The translations under genes were made by a program, and so were the position numbers. A stretch of 64,000 nt of DNA from Thecamonas trahens ATCC 50062. Its lineage: Eukaryota > Protista > Apusomonadida. The DNA lies in the NCBI RefSeq assembly GCF_000142905.1, contig NW_013657624.1, forward strand, positions 1 through 64,000, given 5' to 3'. The notes beneath the pieces are model-generated. The model was not told where the DNA came from. It was given only the letters and a program-made list of their open reading frames with translations, and ran no database searches. This document shows, one piece after another, positions 22,569-32,436 of this stretch. How positions within the stretch are numbered: position 1 is the first letter of the stretch; every line of letters begins with the position of its first letter.

Positions 22569-24973
22569 AGGTAGCGTTCATTTGGGGGGCGTGAGGTGGA
22601 CCGAGGTGTCGTCGCTCGAAGACCAGGAGAGCTCGTCGACAACCACCTGCCCGGTGAGGCACCGATACTTGGAGGCCAACCCCCGCTTGGAGTGCGCCAC
22701 GCTCGCCGACTGCCGCGCGACCATGACCCGTGATCGCCCGGTCTCCAGCCGCCTAGCCCGGGCCGCAATACTCCGTGGCCCTGACGTGGCTGGGGATTCC
22801 AGCGCTGTCGTTGACTGCAGCATCCGCGGACCCGGCTCGGGCGACTTGCTGCTCGCCGCCGACCGCGATGCGCCATTGGAGTGACAGATCGGGGTCAAAT
22901 CGGTCGACGCAGACGGCTGCAGCCGTCGGACCTTGCGCACCGACGACGTCGCCGAGCTTTCAAACTCAACCGACGAAAATCGCGACATGGCCCGATTCCG
23001 TTTCGACGATGCTCTTCGTGCCGGTTGCTCCGAGTTCCGCCGTGGCCCGTGAAGGTGTGCCAAGCTCTTGATGCGGCTCTTGACCAGTGACGCAGCGCTC
23101 GGTGTCGATCGCGAGCGTGTCCGCACATGAGTTCCAGTCTTGGTCACAAGTTAACCTTGCCATGGTTGCTGTGGTCGCTGCAATCGCTGCTGCCTCCTGC
23201 GCTGCTGCTTCCAGGTGCAGGCGCGCCAAAGCCACTCCGGCCCGAGGTCGGCGTCTGGCTCCTCGGCGACAGCAGCGTTGCAGATGCGCGCGACGGCGAG
23301 CACGAGAGGAGATTGCGTCGCGAGCCAGCTCTCGAGCCCGATGGCGACCGTGATTGCGGTCTTGATCCGAGGCCCCGTGGTGTCTGTCTCCGAGGAGACG
23401 CCATTGCCGACGCTGGAACCGACACCGACGCCGAGCATGAGCCAGACGGCGATGCAAACCGATGCTCGGGTGTCGGCGAGAGTGAGGTCTGCGGCCGCTT
23501 CCGAACCCGCGTGCGAGTCCTAGGTCGCCGCAGCGAGGCAGTTGATGCATCGTGCGAGAGTGAGGCCGGCGTCGACGTCAGCGTCGCCGCCGCATTCCGC
23601 TCGCCAGCAGTGAGGACAATCGTCGCAGCGTCTTTGCCGCTCTTCGCCTCGTCCTCGAGAGGCGGTAGCCGTGCAAAGACCCGCTCGGCAAGGACAGACC
23701 CTTCCGCCGTGACGGTGTGGATGTCAAAAACTGTGCTACACGACGACGCAATCCGGCCCACATGGTGGATCATGACACTCTTGGGCACGCTGGAGCCCAG
23801 AAGCGACAGCATCTCGGACGAGAGCACAACTTGCCCAGCCTCGCCGGCCGACGTCACCGCGTCCGCGTGCGACATGCTCGCGCCACCATACGCCGCGCGC
23901 AGCGACCGCTCGTCAAACGTTCGCATCGGCGTACATGCGTGGAGTCCGACTCGCACGCGGAGCCCGCGCCAAACGTATTGCAGGCCTCCGGTGACTGCCG
24001 AGTGGCTCCGGAGTACCGATCCACACAGCTGGTGGTTGAGCAACTCGCGAGGCCAGTCCAGCTGGACGAGTCGGTCCTGGATGGCAACTGCAGCCTCGAG
24101 CGCTACGCACGCGGCCGACGCCGGAAAGACAACGACAAATGAGTCGCCTTCTGTTCGCACAAAGTACGCTCCGGCGTCCATGAGAATCTGGCGGACTGCC
24201 GCGTCATGGACGTCGGTCGCTGCCTCCATTGCATCCGGCACGTCCTCCCACAGCCTGGTCGAGTTCCCCACATCCGTGATGAGCACAACCACGAGGCCGC
24301 CAGGTGCCGCTGCCAGCGCAGCGTCGCGCTTCTCGACAAGGATGCCGACCCTCCGCCGCCGCCGCCGTCGCCAAGAGATGATGGCAATGGCCAGGGCCAG
24401 AAAGACCGAGAGTAGGCACGTCGTGCCGCCGAGCACCACAAGGCTCGAGATCGAGCCGGTCCCGCCCGACTCGCGTACGGCGCAGTCGCCGAACCCGCCG
24501 CACACGCCACACGCGTCGAATACCTTGTTCGAGTTGGCGACAGAGTCACATCCCACGCAGCTGGTGCCGTTGCCGCTGCACACGCCGCATACATCCTTGC
24601 TGCGGTCAGAACCAAAGCACACACCGCAGCTGTCGACATGCACATCGCCGCCGTCACAGATGCCGCAGGCGTCACGACGCGCGTTGTTGCCGTGACACTC
24701 GCCGCACACGTCGCGAGCACGATCGCCGCCAAAGCAATCGCCACAGCTGTCCTTGAACGCATTCGGCATGTTTGGCGTCGAGCCCTCGACGCACATGCCA
24801 CAGTCGTCGATGTATGCGGTGCCGTTGCAAACGCCAAAGCAGTCGTAGACGGCAGTCCCGTTGGCCAGGCACGACGTCGCGCACGCCGAGATGCCTGACG
24901 GCCCGCCACACACGCCGCATCCGTCGAACCAAACGCCGCCCAGCGGGATTGGAATAAAGTTGCAGCCAGAGCA
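20126..24973. repeat. Long inverted repeat pair (about 20126-20487 and 24612-24973) inside paralogs C and D
   Basis: Manual comparison finds about 360 bp with 2 mismatches. Flanking parts of the Cys-rich region are also highly similar. Confidence 0.85.
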
Positions 24974-26389
24974 CCCGGACGCGTCGCCGCCGCACTCGCC
25001 GCACACATCGGGCACTTTGCCCGAGTTGGGTACGCCGTCACAGCCTGCGCAGCTCGCGTTGTTGCCGTAGCACACCCCGCAAGCATCCATAGCGGCGTTG
25101 CTGCCAAAGCAAACGCCACAATCATCGAGCGCGGCATTGGCACCGAAGCAAATACCGCAGACATCGCGATCCGAGTCAGCGACGTGGCCGGTGCCCGGGC
25201 CGGAGCAAACGCCGCAAGAGTCGAGAGAGGCCGGCGGGGCGCAGGGCGGCGGCGGTGGCGGGGATGGCGGTGGTGGCGGGGATGGCGGCGGCGGCGAGAA
25301 AGGCGGCGGCGGTGACGGCGGCGGTGGCGGCGGGCTCGGCGGTGGTGGCGGGCTCGGCGGTGGCGGCGGGCTCGGCGGTGGCGGCGGGCTCGGCGGTGGC
25401 GGCGGGCTCGGCGGTGGCGGTGGGCTCGGCGGTGGTGGCGGGCTCGGCGGTGGCGGCGGGCTCGGCGGTGGCGGCGGGCTCGGCGGTGGCGGTGGGCTCG
25501 GCGGTGGTGGCGGTGGCGGACTTGGTGGCGGAGCGCAATAGGGTGAGGCCGGCGAGTACGCGCCAGTCGAGGTACACACAACATCATTGGATGCCGACGC
25601 GCCGTAGAGGGTTAGTCCTGAGCCACACGACAGCGCAAGCGCGTCCCCGATGGGCGCAAACGGCCCGCCAGTGGTGGAGTCGTCTGTCACCGTCCCGCTC
25701 GGCAGCGAGAGGATGCCACAGACACGATAATACTTGACCGTCAACGTTGGGGACGGGCTCCGCAGCTCGATTCTACAGTCTCCTGATGTGCATCCGCTTG
25801 TCCGTGAGGCACGGATGACCAGCGAGTCATCGACATAGCCGCCGTTGTCGAACGCGTCCTGTAGCAGGGCGCTGACCGCAGCACCCGTCAGCGGAAAGGA
25901 TGTACCACCAGTATCGCCGACATAAAAGGTATGAACCGTTGTCGAGTCTGTCATGGTGTCGAAAGAGTCATCTGCAGCCCATGGCAGCTCATCGTAGCGT
26001 GCGGCTCTCTCTGCCGGAGAGAGCGGAGCAAAGTATGTGACACCGATGGAGAAGGTATTGCTTGCGATGACCTCTTTGACGAGAAAAGATGAAGAGGCAT
26101 CAATCCATACAGATCCTGTTGAAGAGGTAATAGGTGAAGAAGAGAAATCAAAGTTAATCGAGAGCACTCGCTCTGCACCCGTATCAAAGCGGACATGAGA
26201 AGGTGCTGCCGCCACAGTGCCATCAACTTTCATTGTGCCAACAAATTGGTCATCCTGCGGTACTCCCGTTGCCGTGAAAACTGTTCCGCCCTTCACCCCA
26301 CCGACCATCACGCCCACCATGAGGTACCAAAGCCCTATCCATGTCAATTGTATCAATGTCTTCTTGCGCAACAACATGCTACACGACAT
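22578..26389 (-). CDS. Cys-rich single-pass receptor with class III cyclase domain and long (SPPPPP)n stalk (paralog D); frameshift at about 23150
   Basis: Signal peptide from ATG 26389 or 26377, YYRVC sushi-like module, SP5 repeats, CGVC repeats, TM + RRRRRRR, LITDVGNST, RTEGDSF, WRGLRVRVGLHA. The tail probably continues into ORF 22578-23147. Confidence 0.8.
25250..25530 (-). repeat. 18-bp coding tandem repeat encoding Ser-Pro5
   Basis: GGGCTCGGCGGTGGCGGC-type units repeated about 10 times on the + strand. Confidence 0.85.
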
Positions 26390-27014
26390 GCCTCTTTCCT
26401 GCTTGTACTGCTTCCCTCCCCTACCTTGCTCCTTGCTCTGTTCGCTCCAGACAAGGGAAGGAAAGTGGTGCAACGCAGCAAGCCGTGGTGTGATGACTTG
26501 ACCGCCCATTGTTTTTGGCCCGTTCCGTACCCGTTCCACTTGGCCGCTCGTTTTCCGGCTCCTTGACCCGTGTGCAAAAGAAGGAGGAAGGGGGAGGGGG
26601 GGAGGGAGGGGGAGGAGGGAGGGGGGGGGGGGGGGGGGGGTGATGTGCATATGTGCATGGACACGCTTGGGTAGGGTCTTGATAGAGTGTGTGATGATGT
26701 GTTGATCTGGGTGATAGGATGTGGTCGCCCGGCGGCGTGCGGAGTGCGGAAGGGTGCGGGTCGCAGGCACGGACAACCAGCAACGATTCGTGCAAACGAT
26801 GGGCGCCGATGAGTGGCGACGATTAAACCCCGATGAGTGACAACGATTAAACCCAACAACAGTCACCCACAATTATCGTCAACCTTCAACGGCAACGACA
26901 AACCAACGATAAACCCAACGATAAACGAACGTTCTCCTTCATGGTTCACTCCTCCCCCCCCCCCCCCCCCTCCCCCAACACCACACACATACACATACGC
27001 ATACAGAAAATCCC

Positions 27015-29240
27015 ATGGAACACATACCAGCCACAGTCCTCGGCTCGCTGGCGGTCAACCAACGCGTGGCTCAGGTGCTGACCTCGACGCGGGAGTCTGT
27101 CACGGCTGCCTACGAGCAGAACCTTGCGGCTGCTGATGCTCTCCTGAGCGAGGGCATAGCCATGCTCCACTCGGCCCACGAGGCGACGCGTGCACGCCTC
27201 AATGCGACAAGATTCTCGCTTGATGCGCCGCTGGCTGGAGAGCTGGAGAAGGTGACGGCCGTCATCACCGCCCAGTCACGTCTCGCCGCACATCTCCGCG
27301 GCCTCCATCACCGCTCTGGTGCCCTCCGTGACGGAAACGGACTCGCTCAAGACGATAATGCGCTTGCCTCCATCCGCTTTGGCCTGCCTCGTCACCACCT
27401 TCGGTCCTCGGGCAAGCGCCATCGCCGTCGTGAGCGAAAGCCGCGCAAGGAATCGGGGCGATGGCGGGACGAGCGATCGCGGCGATGGAGCGATGACTCG
27501 GGCTACTCGTCCGACTCGGACGGCTCGGATGGCTCGAACAGGTCATTCACCAAAGGCTTGGAAGCGCGCCCGACGCAATCCACCGCAGGAGTTGAGACAG
27601 CAGAGTCCATGGCGGCATTCCTCGCCCGCTATGCCTCACTCTCAAAGACCATGGCCGCCGCTGCTGACGGCCACGGCCTGGACAAGCTGGTCAAGGCGCT
27701 GCGCCGGGCCGTGGTGAGCACTGTTGTGGACAATCCGCCCCAGGTGCCAAACTCCGACCGCGGTGATGGCTGGCGAAAGCCGCCACAGCGCTTTGGCTCG
27801 CGCATCTCCTCGCAGTCGCTTGCCGGTCTGCTCGGCCTCTCGGGCGCCGACCTGCAGCGGGCCATCTCGTTTACCCTTGACGCCGACGACGCTGGCGACA
27901 AGAATGGCGGCGACAACAGCGACAACGCCTCCGATGGCGCTGATGCTGTCGGTGACCTCGATCCGCCCCCAATGAGGTACCCAACCAAGCTCGCCCGGCT
28001 CTCCATCACCTCCGCTGATGGTACGCTATCCCCGCCACCGCCCACCCGCTCACCCATCCATGTCGACAAGGCCCGCCGCCTTGCGCGCATAAGCTCGTCC
28101 GGTGGTGGTGGCATAGTCGAGTCAGCATCCATCCAAGACCTAGCTGACACACTCCCGCTTCCGCCTGCACTCGCAGCCACGCTCCAGTCCGGCATGATGG
28201 TTGTGTCGCAAGACTTGGCACCGCTCCGCCCCTCAACCTCAGACGGCAAGTTTGACCTCTCCCACGGCGGCCCGAGCCCCGAGTATGCCGGTCCAGTGGC
28301 AGTCTCGCTCCCATCGTCACCGACTCGCTCCTCCATCCCGGTCTCGCACGCATCCGCCACCCCACGGTCGGTGCTCTCCAGTGCGCTGAGCTCCGGCGCA
28401 CCAACCCGGGCTACCTCGCGCGATGCTACCCGTCCGAGTGCCGCCCGTTCGTCGCGTCTGACCCGGCCGGCGCAGAGTCCAAACCCCGACAACACGCAAG
28501 ACACCCGCACGGTGCTCCTCTCGCGCATGCGTGATCCGCGCTCGTCGTCTGTTGACGCCATCCGTGCCCGCCACGCAGACTCGGACCCGCTTCAGCGCTA
28601 CGCCCAGTGGGCCGATGGCATCGAGCGCGGACGAACCCAAAAGCAGATGGAGAAGACCAAGCAGCTTCTCGCCAAGCTCGCCGGCTCCGATCGTGCGCTC
28701 GTCTCCGGCCCCTCAGACCCCGAGCCTTCTGACCCGGTTCCGCGCCCGCGCTCCACCTCGGCCGCACTCACGGCTGCCCCGCGCGCGTGTGCCGGCCTCG
28801 CCAGTCTACCCGAGGACCCCGAGGTTGAGGGCCAGCTTGCCTCGCTCGAGCGCCTTGCGCTACGCTACATCCGCCTCGAGAAACGATACAAGGAGACATT
28901 GTTTGCCAACGAAGTCCTCCGCGCGCAAAAGGAGCATCCACCGTCGCTCTTTGCTGCATCGGGCCAGGCCTCGCCGTTTGCTGAGCTCGCCGCAGCTGTC
29001 GCCCAGTCGCGCGCCGCCAGCGGCCCGGCCTTTGCCTCGCACGGATCGGGCTCGGCGGCGGCAGACTCGATCACGAGTGACGGTAGTGGCGCCCGCGGCA
29101 GCGACAACACCTCGGCCGCACCCAACGAGTGCACCTCACTCGGCTCGCACACCTCGCCCCGCTCCATCCATGGCCCGCCATCCGCCTCCGAATCGCCGAT
29201 CTCAGTCACCTCGGACGAGACCGACCACCAGTCAAAGTGA
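27015..29240 (+). CDS. Hypothetical largely disordered protein with short coiled-coil segments
   Basis: 741-aa ATG-initiated ORF with helical termini (LASLERLALRYIRLEKRYKE); no recognisable domain. Confidence 0.6.
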   Translation: MEHIPATVLGSLAVNQRVAQVLTSTRESVTAAYEQNLAAADALLSEGIAMLHSAHEATRARLNATRFSLDAPLAGELEKVTAVITAQSRLAAHLRGLHHRSGALRDGNGLAQDDNALASIRFGLPRHHLRSSGKRHRRRERKPRKESGRWRDERSRRWSDDSGYSSDSDGSDGSNRSFTKGLEARPTQSTAGVETAESMAAFLARYASLSKTMAAAADGHGLDKLVKALRRAVVSTVVDNPPQVPNSDRGDGWRKPPQRFGSRISSQSLAGLLGLSGADLQRAISFTLDADDAGDKNGGDNSDNASDGADAVGDLDPPPMRYPTKLARLSITSADGTLSPPPPTRSPIHVDKARRLARISSSGGGGIVESASIQDLADTLPLPPALAATLQSGMMVVSQDLAPLRPSTSDGKFDLSHGGPSPEYAGPVAVSLPSSPTRSSIPVSHASATPRSVLSSALSSGAPTRATSRDATRPSAARSSRLTRPAQSPNPDNTQDTRTVLLSRMRDPRSSSVDAIRARHADSDPLQRYAQWADGIERGRTQKQMEKTKQLLAKLAGSDRALVSGPSDPEPSDPVPRPRSTSAALTAAPRACAGLASLPEDPEVEGQLASLERLALRYIRLEKRYKETLFANEVLRAQKEHPPSLFAASGQASPFAELAAAVAQSRAASGPAFASHGSGSAAADSITSDGSGARGSDNTSAAPNECTSLGSHTSPRSIHGPPSASESPISVTSDETDHQSK

Positions 29241-29290
29241 GCGTAGCCCGCTCAGCCTCGCGTTCGCTAGCATCATCTTTGCTTGCAAGG

Positions 29291-32224
29291 CTACCACAAA
29301 TCAAACTCACCGTCGGGTCGCAGCGATAAGCTTCGCCGCCGTCCGCTAGACTCGGCAGCCTCGGTTGCAGCCGCCACTGCAGCAATCGCCCGCTGAACGC
29401 CTGGCGACTCGAGCGGCGAGTGCTGCGAAGTCGACAACGATCGCCGTCGACTGTTCGACGAATGCGACTGCCCACTTCTGACTCCAGAGCCCGAGCGAAG
29501 ACGGTTGTACGAGCGGCGGGAACGCGACCGCGACATTGATTGTGACTCGTCCGTTTGCGAATGCGAGCTGGGCGACATAGGGATCGACGGCAGACCGGCC
29601 GATGTACGCTTCGAGGCCGACATCGCTCTCTGTCGCGACTCTGTGTGCCGGCCAGATGGGCGGCCCAGGTCAGATCCCAGCTGCGGCAAATCATGAGAGC
29701 CCAGCGATGACGACCGCCGACGGCGCCGCGTCTGCTTTGCAGCAATGGTGTCGACAACCGACGCAAAGTTGATCACGTCTGGCTCGGCCCGCGTTGATGA
29801 TCTACGGTGTCCCCGCGCTGGGCCTGTCGAGCCCGAGACAAGCGAGATTTCGGCCGGAGTCAACTCGATTGTGTGTCCCGATCGGCTGTTGGCATTCGAC
29901 ACAAACGAGTCACGCACTGACGACCGCGTGATGCCACCAAGAAACTGTGTCGACTGCTCGTCCTCCTTGGACGAGATGCTCATCAATGCAGAGGCACTCG
30001 CATCTCTCTCGCCAAACCGCCGCTCCGAGACCACGTGGCCAAACGCGACCAGCGAGTACGCATCCGGCATTTGTGCGCCGTGCGCTCTCCGCTGACTACG
30101 CACTGACCCAGCCATCGGCGAAATCGCCATGTGGGACGGCATGGGCGAGGGAAACATCTCCAGCGTAGAGATCGAAACACCCACCGAGCCTGCATCGCAC
30201 ATGTGTGCAAGCGTCGAGGCCAACCCAAGTCCAGAGCCCGAGTACATGACTGAGCCATCTGGAAACGTCTCACGCTCGAGGAGGCAGGCATGGAGAGCAA
30301 CGCACACTCGAAGCCCGCGCCAGATGTACATCAGCCGCCCAAATGGTGCGTTCCAGATCGGCCGCCCGATCTTCGACCGACAACGCCGATGCGTCAAAAT
30401 CTCCTTGGGCCACTCGGCCTCGACCAGTCGATCGTGGATCGTCATGGCCGCAGTTGCCGCAGCCACCGCCTGGTCAGCGGGAAACACAGCCGTAATCATC
30501 CCACCTGATGTCGTCACAACGTACCCGCGGTACTCCTTGACAACAGCCCGGACAACCTTGCGGTAGATCTGACAGCTCGTGTTGAGTGCTGCCGGAATCT
30601 CGGCCCGTAGCAGCTCTGCGCCCTTGACCATGGTTGTAAAGACTATAACCACACCGTCGGGCGGTGAGATCGCCTCACCGTCGCTGCCGGTCTCTGCCTG
30701 TTCCGAGTCGATGGGCGACACAGCATGAGAGCCGCGAGTGGTGAAGAAGAACAGCGCAGCAATGAGGCCGATTGCAGAGCAGAGGAAGCAGAGCGCGAGA
30801 GAGACCGTCACCGCAATGGTGGTTCCGAGCGACGACGATGATGAGCCCGACTTGATGCATGAACTCGTTCCGCCACACACGCCACACGAGTCGACCCTCG
30901 CCGACGAGCCGACCACCCAGTCGCAGCCTGCACAGCTCGTCGAGTTGCCGCCGCACACGCCACACACATCCATCGTCTTGTTGCCACCCCAGCAGCGCCC
31001 ACAGCCATCGCGGGCTCTATCGCCTCCGTGGCACACCCCGCACGAGTCCAGTGCTGCGTTGGTGCCAAAGCAGACCCCACACGTGTCCTTGGCCGCGTTC
31101 CCGCCCCAGCACATTTCGCAGTCGTCGCGGGCAAACGATTCGGTCCGACCAGTACTTCCGCCCACGCACGCGCCGCATCCATCCATGTATGCAGATCCGC
31201 CGCACTCGCCGGCACAATCGTACACACCGCTCCCGTCCGGGCTGCACCCTGTCGCGCACTCGCCAATCCCCGAGCTCCCGCCGCACACGCCGCAGCCATC
31301 GTAGTGGGCGCCGCCAAGCGGGATTGGAATTCCGTCACATCCGAGACACGAACTTGCATCACCGCCACACACTCCGCACACATCCGACCGCGTGCCTGAG
31401 CCAGCCACACCGTCACATCCGGTGCACTGCTCTCCGCCGCCAAAGCACACGCCGCACACATCTTTGTCGCGATTCTCGCCAAAGCAAACACCACACTCGT
31501 CGAGATCGTTGTTCTTCCCAAAACACACCCCGCATCCATCCACATCAGCATTCGCCACATGGCCTGTCCCAGGTCCAGAGCAAATGCCGCATGCATCGAG
31601 AAAGGCCGGCGGATCGCACTCAGCGCTCGGCAAGTTCTGCCTGCTCGCTGATTGCCCGCTCCGGATGGCGATCTCGTCTGGCGACGGACTCACGCTCACC
31701 ATCTGCACCTCACTGCGCTGGCTGCACTCGTTAGCAAAGAGTGCAAGCAGCTCATCTCCGGTAACAACTGTTCGCAACATCTGGCCGCCATCGCCAACTC
31801 GCTCGACCACCAGAGGTAGGCGAGCAAAGGTGAGTGGCCTTTGTGAAGGCGGGCGAACATGACTGTCATGACGAGCTAAATTGGCTCCAACTATTGGTCC
31901 GAAGACTACGTTTGCAGTCGCTGACCGCATCAGCAACCTGTCCGGACCAGGCTGCAGCACCTTGTCACGAGGTACGCAGAAGATCGAGAGCTCAACAGAG
32001 CGTGGTGGTGGTGTGTAGCTCGTCATCCACGGCTTCGTCGTGTTCGCATACGTCAGGACAAGGCTATTCATGTCGTTGACAGCTTGCGGGTGAGTTGTAG
32101 TCATTCGGGCCAATGATGCCGCTCTGCTGGTGAACCGACCAGCCGAGGAGGAAGAACAGATGAGGAGGAAGACAAGGACGGCCACGCTTGCTCGATGTAC
32201 CGCCATCCCCAAATCGTGTACCAT
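29291..32224 (-). CDS. Cys-rich single-pass receptor with degenerate class III cyclase domain (paralog E, no sushi-like module)
   Basis: ATG 32224 or 32206 precedes signal VAVLVFLLICSSSSA; CGVC repeats, TM, WRGLRVCVALHA; both metal Asp positions are substituted. Confidence 0.8.
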   Translation of the reverse strand: MVHDLGMAVHRASVAVLVFLLICSSSSAGRFTSRAASLARMTTTHPQAVNDMNSLVLTYANTTKPWMTSYTPPPRSVELSIFCVPRDKVLQPGPDRLLMRSATANVVFGPIVGANLARHDSHVRPPSQRPLTFARLPLVVERVGDGGQMLRTVVTGDELLALFANECSQRSEVQMVSVSPSPDEIAIRSGQSASRQNLPSAECDPPAFLDACGICSGPGTGHVANADVDGCGVCFGKNNDLDECGVCFGENRDKDVCGVCFGGGEQCTGCDGVAGSGTRSDVCGVCGGDASSCLGCDGIPIPLGGAHYDGCGVCGGSSGIGECATGCSPDGSGVYDCAGECGGSAYMDGCGACVGGSTGRTESFARDDCEMCWGGNAAKDTCGVCFGTNAALDSCGVCHGGDRARDGCGRCWGGNKTMDVCGVCGGNSTSCAGCDWVVGSSARVDSCGVCGGTSSCIKSGSSSSSLGTTIAVTVSLALCFLCSAIGLIAALFFFTTRGSHAVSPIDSEQAETGSDGEAISPPDGVVIVFTTMVKGAELLRAEIPAALNTSCQIYRKVVRAVVKEYRGYVVTTSGGMITAVFPADQAVAAATAAMTIHDRLVEAEWPKEILTHRRCRSKIGRPIWNAPFGRLMYIWRGLRVCVALHACLLERETFPDGSVMYSGSGLGLASTLAHMCDAGSVGVSISTLEMFPSPMPSHMAISPMAGSVRSQRRAHGAQMPDAYSLVAFGHVVSERRFGERDASASALMSISSKEDEQSTQFLGGITRSSVRDSFVSNANSRSGHTIELTPAEISLVSGSTGPARGHRRSSTRAEPDVINFASVVDTIAAKQTRRRRRSSSLGSHDLPQLGSDLGRPSGRHTESRQRAMSASKRTSAGLPSIPMSPSSHSQTDESQSMSRSRSRRSYNRLRSGSGVRSGQSHSSNSRRRSLSTSQHSPLESPGVQRAIAAVAAATEAAESSGRRRSLSLRPDGEFDLW

Positions 32225-32436
32225 TGCTCCTTGCGAGCGAACAACGGTGGCAGGCTTGAAACAACGCTTCAGCGCGTTGCCCGTATGCCGCACCCTGGTC
32301 AAGTATTATCCGGTGTGTGGAAGAATCGAGTTGAGCCGCACGCGAGACGAAACTCGTAACAGTCGTTCAGCAGCGCAAGTGGTCAGCGGGGGGGTAGAGT
32401 GGGGGCACGTGCATGGGGAAGAAAAATATTGTTTCA

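Noticed and set aside
3690-26389. Calling receptors A, C and D pseudogenes
   Set aside because: The same one-base defects occur in eIF3a and the mitochondrial carrier, and the reading frames are otherwise long and free of stops.
26390-26872. Extended N-terminus of the 1242-aa ORF
   Set aside because: Starts at a non-ATG codon and runs through poly-C promoter-like sequence ahead of a clear signal peptide.
5040-31050. CxxCH heme-binding motifs in the Cys repeats (CGQCH, CGVCH, CGECH)
   Set aside because: H is only an occasional variant at a position usually F, G or W; better explained as disulfide-rich repeats than multiheme cytochromes.
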